Shown piece after piece: positions 1 through 11,600 of a DNA stretch of 64,000 nucleotides. Position 1 is the first letter of the stretch. Each line of letters opens with the position of its first letter. The position numbers and the translations under genes were made by a program. Source of the stretch: Octopus sinensis (taxonomy: Eukaryota); NCBI RefSeq assembly GCF_006345805.1, contig NC_043001.1, positions 122,388,001 through 122,452,000 of the forward strand, written 5' to 3'. The notes below the pieces were generated by a model. That model saw only the letters and a list, made by a program, of their open reading frames with translations. It made no database searches and was not told the DNA's origin.

Positions 1-2090
1 GGGTAGTAGTTACTAAAAGATTAGCTAATCCTCTAGGGAAGATTAGTAAAGAGCAAATGTAGAGAAAGAGATTAATAAACAATATGAAAACTTAAGACAA
101 GATCTGAATATAATAGAAGCTTGGAAACGGAACAAGTTATGAAACACAAGATTTAAATCTCTTGAGAAAAATAGAAAGGATTTCGGACTGTCATGGAAGA
201 GAGGAGATAGCGTATCATAACAAAAGCAGGTAATCTTTCCAAATATCAGAAAAGAATAAATCAGTGTCAACGGAACAGATTGTTTGAAACAAACCAGAGG
301 AGATTTTATAACCATATATTATACATAGACAAAGCAGTTCTAAAAAATGTGAAATCTAGAAATAAATGTTTAGCAATAGCATTGAATAGATTATAAAAAG
401 GCCTATGAGATAATTCCACACTCATGGATAAGTGAATGTTTAGGTGTATTGAGTTTTGCAGACAATACAAGAGAGTTAATTAGCTGTAGCATGAATAAAT
501 GGAAAGTCGATTTCTATTTAGTGACATAGTCTTTGGGAAAGTTAATATCAAGAGTGGAATTTTCCATGGAGACTAGTTATCACCCTTAATATTTGTGTTA
601 TACTTAAACCCCTTCTGTTTACCATTAAGAAAGGTAAAGTAGGGTATCAGTCTAGAGATATTACAGGAAAAATTGACCATTTGCTCTGCATGGAGGATTT
701 TAAGCTTCTTAGTAAGAATAAAAACAGATAGCTTCCTTAATACAAACTATAAGACTCTTCAGCAAAGATATAGTTATGGAGTTTGGCATAGATAAGTGTG
801 CAGCATTAGTCATGAAAAGGGAACATGTAGCCTGCAGTGAAGGTATCCAATAACTAGATGGCCGGATATTAAAATCTCTGAAAGAAGGAGTGAGTTATAT
901 GTATCTAGAAGTATTAGAATCCGACAGGGCACTAACTAAAGAAATGGAAACGAAAATTAAGTACACGAGAAGGATTACTCTAGTATTCAGAAGTTTAGAG
1001 ATATCGTTACTTAGGTATTCATTAGCTTTTGTACATTGGACAAAATGTGAATTAGTAAATCTCGACAAAAGAACTAGGAAGGAATTCAATATGAATGAAG
1101 GACTTCACCCATGAGCAGGAGTAGCAAGATTATACTGACCTAGAAAGGAAAGTGGTAGAGGGTTAATATCACTAGAAGACTACATGGAGTTAGCTAGGAA
1201 AGATATAGCCTCCTATGTAGGTAATAGTGAAGAAAGTTTATTAAGAACTGCTGGAGTAGGGCAGACGGAAATGACGTTTAAAAAATAGAAAAAAGAAGAA
1301 AATGATCTAACTAGCAAGAGAAGGCTTTGCATGATAGATTCCCAAAGATATTTGTAGGAAACATAGTAAGGCTTGGTTATGGTTGCAGAAAGAAAGGTTA
1401 GAAAGGGAGATAGACAATTTGTTAGTAGCAGGCACAAGATCAAGCATAGAAGACTAATTGGATAAAAGCCAATATTGACAAAAATCAGCTAGATTCCCAT
1501 TGTAAGTTTTGTAAGTTATGTAAAAAAAAAGAGGAAAGCGTTACTCATATTGTAAGTGAATCTAATATGTTGGCAGAGGAAGAATACAAGTAAAGACATG
1601 GCAACCTAGGGAGAAGAATCCAGTGGGAGTTATGTAGAAAGCTAGGATTTGACCATATTGATAAATGGTATGAAGATGAACCTAGTAAAATTCTCGAAAG
1701 TAAGAAATGTAAGATGTTGTGGGATTCTAACATTCGTACTGACAGAGTAATAAAAGCTAGAAGGCCTAATTTAGTAGCAGTAGACAGAGATAGTAGAACG
1801 TGGTAGATAATTGAATTTTCAGTCCCAAATGATGAGAATCGCAGTATGAGAAGCCTCGATAAAATAGCAATGTACCAGGACCTAGCCTTTGAGTTACAAA
1901 TGCTATGGAAAGTGTGGGTAAAACGTAACCCTGTAGTTATGGTGCATTAGGAAGTATCCCTAAAGATTTAACAGATGGATAGAGGAAATAGGCCGAAGAC
2001 GTAATTAACTGCAGCTCCAATAAATAGTGATATTAGGCACAACTAGGATGTTGAGGAAGATACTTGGCATCTACCCCAAAGCTAGGAATT
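1..2090 (+). mobile_element. Degraded R2-group (R4/Dong-like) non-LTR retrotransposon: RT and restriction-like endonuclease remnants
   Basis: Broken frames read by eye: DHLLCMEDFKL (~676, cf. HLLFMDDLKL), FSKDIVMEFGIDKCAALVMKR (~758), and a C-terminal ...MLWDSNIRTDRVIKARRPNLV...IIEFSVP...KIAMYQDLAFE (~1715-1895) matching the RLE PD..D region; many stops and frameshifts. Confidence 0.75.
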
Positions 2091-2273
2091 TTTCTTTTCC
2101 AACACAAGTCAACCTTGATGTGCGTGTATGAATTAACAATCCTTTCTTCAAACGGCAAAAGAGCTGAAATTTTGTAATCAATTGATACTTATTTTATCGA
2201 CTACAAAGGAGAAAAACCAAAGTCGAGCTCGGCGAAATAACATAACAAAAGTTTGTATATATTTGCAACTTAC

Positions 2274-2376
2274 GATAAAAAACGTCAATTTCATCATGTA
2301 ACTTCTTTTGCACCTCTGGATGCGAAGCTACTAAAAGTATTGTCCACTGTAATGATGTAATTACTGTATCCGTACC
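2274..2376 (-). CDS. CYP4-like exon 8 ([34 protein letters not shown])
   Basis: Acceptor ctaccAG at 2378-2377, donor GTaagt at 2273; 103 nt, phase 0 to 1; I-helix DT pair and PEVQ.KL..EID J-helix. Confidence 0.92.
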
Positions 2377-5300
2377 CTGGTAGAATAGAATATGTATTAG
2401 ATTTTACTGAGTAATTTCATAAGGCTGAGGATATAGTCGGGTTAACCTAGATGAATATGAAAATGGTCTAAAATGTAAATGAACCCCAGCGAGAATTGAA
2501 ATTTAAATGACGATGTGTCAGATATATTTCTCTTTTACGTGTTTGAGTTATTGTATAGCGGGCTTGCTGGTATACCACTTTCAAGGGTTTAGTTGTACAA
2601 ATGCATATCAGTGCTTAAGGACTTTTCCCGTCAAGTACTTAAGTTATCGATCTCTTCGGCCTAATGTTACGTAAAGTGTAAACAAAGCAACAGCCATTGT
2701 CATGTGGTGAGTGAGACGACTAATAATACGAAGAGATACATACACATATATGTATATGTACATAATACATACATAGACACGCGCATATATATATATATAA
2801 TATATATATATATATAATATATATATATATATGTATATGTATATGTATATATATATATATAAAAGGCGGCGAGCTGGCAGAAAGGCGGCGAGCTGGCAGA
2901 AACGTTAGCGCGCAAGGCGAAATGCTTAGCGGTATTTCGTCTGTCGTTACGTTCTGAGTTCGAATTCCACCGAGGTTGACTTTGTCTTTCATCCTTTCGG
3001 GGTCGATAAATAAAGTACCAGTTTCGCACTGGGGTCGATGTAATCGACTTAATCCCTTTGTCTGTCCTTGTTTGTCCCCTCTATGTTCAGCCCCTTGTGG
3101 GTAGTAAAGAAATATATATATATATATATATATGTATGTATATATAAGGCTACCAGTTACGGGCGGTCAAAGTGTGACCATTAGTTTCACACCTATAATG
3201 TTCTCAGCTGTATAGGCAGCTCATCAAACTCAAAATGTTGGAAGCACTTAACCTCTGTTTAAATGAAGGAAGGAGAATGTCATAGTCAGTTAGATTTGTA
3301 AGCAAAAAATATACATCTGGAATGACTCTTACATCTGTTCCAGCAATGATGATTTTCGAAGCTGCTGTTCAGAAAATGGGGCATTCCAAGCATGTAAGAG
3401 GAAATGTTTTTTTATTAAGAGATTGACCAAAGACTTCTTTCCTGGAGTTTATAAGGGCCTCCGGGTCACGCAGGTTTTCCAGGATTCTTGCTCTCGCTGT
3501 CAAGCAAAGCTTATATTGGTTTACATAGACATGATGCTCCATAGGAGCTAATGGTCCCCTGTTCAAACAAGCCCTACCACAAACCAAACTAGAGGTTGTC
3601 CTATATCAACACAGCTTCCTGCCACCTTCCTATCGTGTACAGTAACCTAGTAAAAGTGCATGAGTAACCCAACAGCAAGCTGGCGTTTACTTCCGGATGA
3701 GTGTTATGATCTCGGTCGTCATGGAAAATGGGTAACCAACCCAATGAGTCCTTCGAGTATACTAACGACCAAGAGACTTAGTGTTTTATTTTCTTTTACT
3801 TCCAATATACGTTGAAAGAAATGCCATGTAGATTGAAATATCGAACTCTAAATCTATTATTATAAATGTTTTTTATATGAAAGATGATATAAAGACTATG
3901 CAAACTCAGATATTTTATCATATGAAGAATGTTCACAAATATTACCATGTAATGAATATTCATATTTCGAAATAAACTTACCCCGAACACAATGTTCTCC
4001 ATCTCTTCTCTCATGAACGTTTTGTCTACTTTCCCATTGTAGTATACTTTAAAAAGAGTATCCAGTAAGGTAACTTTCTCCTTTCCTTGAGCCCGTTCCT
4101 CTTCACTCTTATTCATGTTTTCTTTATATATTACACTGCGGTCATCGATTATCTATAAAAAATGAAACAAGTTGGATCTGTGGTAAATAATATTCTTTTC
4201 TACTCTAGGCACAAGGCCCGAAATTTTGGGGATGGGGAGGCCAGTCGATTCGATCAAACCCAGTACGCAACTGGTACTTAATTTATCGACTCCGAAAGGA
4301 TGAAAGGCAAAGTCGACCTCGGCAGAATTTGAACTCAGACCAATAAAGACTGACGAAATACCGCTAAGCTTTTTGCCCGGCATGCGAACGTTTCTGCCAG
4401 ATATTGTGATAGGAGTCAACTGACAGGGTTCTGTGTTTCACTTCATACCTACCTACCTACCTACTTACCTACCTACCTACCTACCTACCTACCTACCTAC
4501 CTACCTACCTACATACCTACCTACCTACCTACCTACCTACTACCTACCTACCTACCTACCTACCTACCTACCTACATACATACATACATACATACATACA
4601 TACATACCTACTTACCTACCTACCTACGTACCTACCTACGTACCTACGTACCTACCTACCTACATACATACATACATACATACATACATACATACCTACC
4701 TACCTACCTACCTACTACCTACCTACCTACATAAATACATACATACCTACCTACCTACTTACATACATACAGACACACACACACACACACACACACACAG
4801 GCACACACAACTATTATGAACAGTGTAGCCTGGCGTTTCCCGAGAGTAAGTTAGCATTATTAAGCTAATCAAGCGCTAAATAAGATTGACGTCAAATTTG
4901 AGCGAAATCCGTTGAAATTGGCAAACGTTTGGCTGAAAATGGCTTACAGACTATTTGATAGGGACATCCCATAAGGAATCGGTTTATTGATGTTTCCACT
5001 CGTCGGTTGTTTTTTTTTTTTTTTGGAGAACATTAAAAGATCTCATGAGTTCTAAATAACGACGGCAGCAAGATTGAACAAAATACATCAAAATTGGTAA
5101 ATGGCTGAAAATGGGGTGCAGCCGATTTTAGTGATGAATTCTGTAAGGAATCAGTTTATCTATTTTTCATCATAATTGAATGGAAAGCCCCATAAGGAAT
5201 CAGTTTATTGATTTTTCACCCCAAATAGGACTTAACCGAACACAGCATTGCTGATTCAAAAAATCTATATTTACACTTTAAAGTTGGTTTTCACACCCAA

Positions 5301-5583
5301 CTCATTTCTGCACATGCTGACCCTTTCAAAACTACCACCACCCCCATCATCTAAACCCACTTGGCCCATTGGTTGGGAGCTCTTCCAGCAAGGAAAATAG
5401 AACGCCCAAAATGGCTCCCGATCCTCTAGTGAAAGGGGGATCAGAAGCCTCTGAAAGGCAGCGACTAATTCCGATCTAGACCTAACCCCTCTTAGGGGTA
5501 CTATTGGTCAAGGCTGCTTCAAAGATATGCATTGGAGAAGGCTGCCTCTGAGATCTGCATCGAAGGTTTGCACGCTATTATAT

Positions 5584-5636
<53 letters not shown>

Positions 5637-8600
5637 TAGCAGCATAGCTCAGCGTTGCCCGGGTATGTAAGAGCCCCTAGTAGGCAACGACTAATCCCAA
5701 TCTAGTCCTTTCCCTCTAGGGAACGAAGGCGCATGTGTAGGTTGCAATGTCTTCTATTCACTCGAATACTTCTGTGTATACGATGTTCCTAGCTGTCCCT
5801 TTGGGCGAAAGCATGAAAACATCATTGCGCCTCCCAACGCGTGAACAGCCCACGTAGAGTTGACCATGGGCGAAGCACTGTTCGCCCAAACGTAACCTAG
5901 CGACTTGTAGCGTTTGGCCTTGGGATTTAATGATGGACATTGCGAAGCAGAGTTTAACAGGAAACTGAGAACGCCTGAAGTGGATTGGTAGGTCAGCGCC
6001 CGACGGTTGAAGGTGTATGCGTGGAATGAAGACGTCCTCTCCCTAACCACAACCCGTAAGTATTGTGGCCGTTATTAAATGTGGTGCCAAATGTTTCACA
6101 ACCAGACGTGTGTCGTTGCACTGTTTAGGTGGAACCAAATTCCTGATGAGCATAATGGGCACACCGACTTTTAACTTCAGGATGTGTGGCTGCAGGCCTG
6201 GCGGTTCAAGTGAATTCAGGAATTCAACAGGATAATCGGCAAGCTCGGCGGGGTCTGCTGTCCTATCTATAGATTTGTAGACGTGGACATCACCAGGAAT
6301 AGCTTCAAGTAGCTGGATATTGATGGAGTTGACGGTTGTATTTTTGGGTGCGAGAATAGCTCTGCCTGCCAGCCATTTTAGATCACGTAAATTGTTTTGT
6401 AGGTCGTGGAAGACAGCGTCCCAGAGGCTAGCAGGGGTGTCGACAGTGGTGCAAAGTGAGTCCAATTGAAGGCAGCTATCCGCATTAGCCGGCATCCTAT
6501 TTTCACCGAGCGATAAAAGGTCCCTGGAGAATGCAGCGGATCCGCTGTCACCAATCAACTGCGCGCGCATGTTAGTTTGGAGGTGCAAGGGCCGCACATG
6601 TGCCCAAATAGCTGACGACTTAAGGCACGCGCGCACGGCATCGGCACGGGTTCCTTTTGGAATAACAGGTAGAGTCTGCCTGAAGTCTCCTGAAAGAAGT
6701 AAAGTCAATCCTCCCATGGAGGCCGTAGAGTCTCTGATATCTTGCAGGGACCTGTCCAGTGCCTCAAGGGCGCCTTTGTGTGCCATAGTGCACTCATCCC
6801 ATACGATGAGTTTGCATCTGTGCAGAATGTTGGCCTGTTCTGAGTTCTGAGTTCGATGTTGCAGATAGGTGACTCGGACTTTGCCAGATCGAGCGGAAGT
6901 CTGAAGGCAGAGTGGGCGGTTCTGCCACCCGGAAGCAACGTGGCCGCGATACCAGAGGAAGCTACAGCCAGGGCAATGTCCGTGTTGCGTCTGACCTCCG
7001 CCAGAATTAGTTTCGTGACGAAGGTTTTTCCAGTGCCGCCAGGTGCGTCAAGGAAGTAAATCCCCTCACGTTGCTGTCTGACAGAGTCTACGATGGTGTT
7101 GTAGGCTATGCGCTGGTCTCGAAGCAGTCGTGGTTCATTATCTTGGACGTACTGGTGCAGTTCCTCAATGCAGTAGGAAGTTTCGCGTAACAATTCAGCA
7201 GACATAACATTGGCGTGTTCACGTGTGTGTGGTGGAAGGCCGTACTCTGTTAAAGCAGAGCCACCCATATCGATGACAGCGTCTTCGAGTTGAATAAGCG
7301 CAAAATTGTAAATGAAGTTGGTGAACGTGATCTCGGCGGAAGGGCAGTGTTGCTGAGCCGTACGTAAGAAGTCCTGCGACATGTCATCCCTGAATTTCAT
7401 CCAGAGACTTAGTGGGTCACTAAGCTGACATTTTTGAAGAAAGATTGCGAAAAGATGTCGTAGGGCCGAAGGCGTTTACAGTAAAGCGCCCTCTGCCATA
7501 GTGGCGTCCCACTGGGAGTCATCCTCTAGAAGGCCAAGTCTCATACATGCTTCTCTGAAGGTGTCGCACAGAACCCCATTGACGGTACGTATATTGCCGA
7601 AACCTGTTGGACCAGTGACCTCATGTAGAAGGAGACGGAGGTAGAAGCATTCTTGCTGGTTTGGCGGGATGTTGTAAATTCGACCCAGGCAGGTGTCAAA
7701 CCTGAAGCCTGGGAAGTCTTCGACGTTCTTGCCGGATTTCCGTCGAACCCAGGTGGGTACAAAAGCGTTCGAGCGAAGTCATCACGTTGGCATAAATTGA
7801 AGAAACCGGTCAACGTTGTGTCTTTAGGGTTGGTGGCTACCTGCGCAGCACTTTGCTCTGTGAAGTAAATCCGCTGTCCATTTTCCAAGCTGCACCACAG
7901 CCGGGTGTCTCTGATGGAGCGGGAAGCCGTAAATGCGCCAAAACGCTTCGTTGCTGTTGAGGTACCGGCCTGCCAAGTAGTTGGACACTTCCTCGCGACT
8001 GGTGGTCCTCTGGATGCTGAACATGGCAGCATCGCTGCCCTTGTTGATATATTTGCAGACATATTGTATTGACCTGATGGAGCTGCAGAACTCAACGTTG
8101 ACGTGGGCTTTGAATATCTTCGACAGGAGAGGACAGTAGGGGACAATGTAGCTGTTGTCCACTTGATGTCGCCCAACCGTAATCGTGCGGCCTCCATTGG
8201 CTGGACTCCTTCGTTTGAGTCTCCAAAGTGAACCGTTTAGGGAATCCCTTTTAGCAGGCTAATCCGTTTTTGCAGCATGGTGTGTTGGCGTAATTTGGTC
8301 TACAGGGCCCGCGTACCATGGTAGTGCGGACAATTTCGTACAGCTCGGGGTCCTCATCGGGGTCAGGAATCTCGGCGGAAATGAATTTGTCAATGTCATT
8401 AGTCTCGATTTTATTAGTTAGCCAAATTAAGATGTGAGCATGCGGCAAGCCCCTCTTTTGCCACTCGACCGAAAGCATGTGGCACCTGACATGCCCGAAA
8501 ATCTGACCCTTAACAATCAAATCCATCATTTTGCCCAAATTCAGACGGAAAACCCTAGCAACGATGTCGTGTCGATGGGTGTGAGACTGACCCGGGAGGA

Positions 8601-11600
8601 GTTCGCGAGTGATTTCGTCGCAGTTGGGATTGCACGTGTAGGTGATAAAGAGGTCCGGCCGGCCGTAAATGCGCACGTAGGTCAAGGCGTCTTGGGTCCT
8701 TTCACGCATATATCGCGGTCCTCCCGTGAAGGTGAAGGGTAGAATGCATGGCTTGCCGATGTTGCGAGGGTCATTTTCTTGTTGCAAGCCGTCACGGAGA
8801 TGAATGTAGGAGCCGGAGAGAAGTTTGGTCTGATTAAGTTTAATGTATAGCAGCCTTTCCGATTCCATTTTGGCGGCCATGTCGACGGCGAACTGGTTGA
8901 ATAGCTGATGACAACGGGGCAATAAGCTGAACTCACCCTCCCTGACCATGAACCGGTATAAGTAGAACGCCCTGCAGGAAACCGTCTTTGATGCCGCAGT
9001 AGTTTGATTGGAGGGCTGCCGTAAAGGAATTCCGAAGTGGTAGCCGTCTTCCCCATAAGAGAAAAGCAATGGATACTGAAGCGCGTCATAAGATCTGTGA
9101 GTCTCGCTGATCCTGCGTAGGCTGTTACCACGGGAGGAGATGATTATGTCACGGCTGTTGTGTTGCTCTCCGTGTATGACTGCGGCAATTTCGTTGCACA
9201 CAGGTGCGTTGAAACGGCGTTCGTGCTCCCCGTGGGGTCGTTTATCAGCATCAATGACAACGGTGAAGTTTGGAGACGGAGCACTGTCCAAGGCATACCT
9301 GAAGTGCAGACGTAGCTGTTGATATCATGAAGCATGGTTTGGAGACGGAGAAGAACGTCTTTGCGGGAAACATAGCATGTACCCGGTATTATTCCAAGGC
9401 GTGCATCAACCTGCTGGTTGTAGTCGGCAATGAAGTAGATTTGGAGGAAAGAAGACTGCTGAATCTCGTCTGGCAGAAGTGACCCAATAAGATGGTAGAC
9501 CTGTCCCTGCACTTTGAAAGTAGGCATCCAGCCTTCTCTAGGAGGAATTTTGGCCCCGAAAGAGGTCATTTGGAATGAGCAGTTGTACTTTCGAATGATT
9601 TCAAAGAATTGTGACGATTCGGGGGTTAAACCCGCCGCGAGATCCTTCAGTGGTTGAGGTGGTTCCCGTAGGGGTGGCAGGTCCACTTTGCCACCAAAGC
9701 AGCACAAACCAGGTGGCTCTCCGGGCCATTTCTTGGCTTTGCAAAACTGGCATACAATTGTCATTGACCCTATCTTGATGTCGTCACTCAAGGAGAAGTT
9801 AACTGTGGCGTTGTAGTTGAATGCTAGTGACGACCAGAAAGCGGGGGCAGGGGTACGTACACCACGAATGATATCCCGACGTTGGTTGATACTCTCAAGT
9901 CGAGTGCGCCGTGCCTCAGCAGATTGAGATGCGCGTGCGACAGCGGTAGCAGTGGTATCCCTTGAAAGCCTTTCAGCTCTCGCCTCAGCACCCTCTGAAG
10001 CCCTAGCAGAAGCAGTGTTAATGGCATCTCTGGATGTCCGAATAGTTCGTTGGTCTGGAGTTTCAGCAGATCGAGCCATGGTTGTGTTTGCGGCGTCAGC
10101 AGCTTGGCGAGCTCTCTTCTGTTGAGGTGTTTCGGCAGATCGGGCCATGACTGTGTTAGCGGCGTCAGCAGCTTGGCGAGTTCTCCTCTGCTGTGAGGTT
10201 CCGACAGATCGTGTCCTGGCGGTGCTAGCGGCGTTAGCCGCATTCCGAATGGCCCTTTGTTCGGGGTTCTCGTGAGCTCTGCGGATGGAAGCACAGGAAG
10301 AAGCCCGCATGTTTTGGCTGGACTGTTGCTCTTTCGTCAACCTCGAGCGGAGGGAAGATCTGTACACTGCGGCCCTTGCAAGTCGGGTAGAACGGTCGCT
10401 AGTAGTTTCAGATGCCTGAGCAGCGGCAGAACGGGAAGCTTTTTGCGAGAGGCGCAAGGCGGTTTCCTCGTGGGTCTCGCGTGCCCTTCTAGCCCTAGCA
10501 GCCGATGCCTTGGTCGTCCGAGGCTGAGGAGGGTCCTTCTCTTCTTGGGTGGCATTTTGGTGGATAGCAATGTGTTTGGCAAAGGTATAATAAAAAGGAA
10601 CACGTGGGGTAAGTATCCCCAAATGTATAAAAATGTACAAAAACGGCAAAAAAGCGGGCAGCAATGTGAGTGACAACAACGAAAAAGCGAAAAGTGACCA
10701 AACTGAACAAACGAATGAAAAGGGTTTTTTGGTGCATACGACAAAAGCGGCTTATAATAAACCAAGAGTTTGCAAGTAGCGTCCGAGAACCCTTAGGGTA
10801 CGTCAAAAATTCAAGGTAAAACGTTTGGGGTGGTAGTTATAAAGAAAGTTTAAACAAAAAAAGTATTCGAATAACTTGCGGCTGCAACAGCTATTAGCAG
10901 AAGAAGTGGCGGTGTTGGGGGTAAAGTCTCGAATGTAATTTCTTCCTGGTATGAACTGGTTGGGTTGAATTATCGATAACTGTTTGATAGTTATTTCAGA
11001 GTGTAAGAGTTAAAAAGATCGAGTTGCGTCCCCTAGACAGTCTGTGGTTTGTGTTAAATACACAAGTCGGTTTGCTGTGTGTGCCACATATGATTTAATT
11101 AACCGATTTTTTCCAGTAATAAAGTATCCTATTGGAATAAAGAGGGCCATATAGCTCCTTGGAGCAGACATGATGCTCGCTGTGAATTTGAAAAAAAATT
11201 CCTGCCAATTTGTGAAAGATATTGTCGAAAATATGTCATCTTGAATTTGAACGCGATTTCCCAAAAGGGCATGATTTTAAATATTTTTTTCTGATGGTAA
11301 GGTATTGCATGGAAAACTAACGTCAGAATTATGTTTCTTAGGGTAACATTAAGCTTCACCCTGAGTTTGGTGAAAATCGATTGCAAGTTGCGAAAACTAC
11401 AACAGAAAATGTGTTGCATATAAAAAGCTTAGATTCTCGACCCCATGTCGAATTTATCGATCTTTTTCAGAACTGGGGGAACTTTTCAAAATTTTCGCTG
11501 CGTTAGTTTTGAATTATGACATTGGGCTATGTGTGTGTCAAGTTTCATCAGAATCGGTTGAAAGCCGTGGTCAGGGTGAGGGTACAACCTGACAGACACA

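Noticed and set aside
1-2273. CYP exon 9 (EXXR helix) within the window
   Set aside because: The region is occupied by an R4/Dong-like remnant; no minus-strand exon with KE.LR was found, so the remaining exons must lie left of the window.
9144-10679. Hydrophobic N-terminus of the 511-aa ORF read as a signal peptide or captured host exon
   Set aside because: It is upstream read-through from a non-ATG start. The real start is ATG 10555 (MPPKKRR) in another frame, joined by a frameshift.
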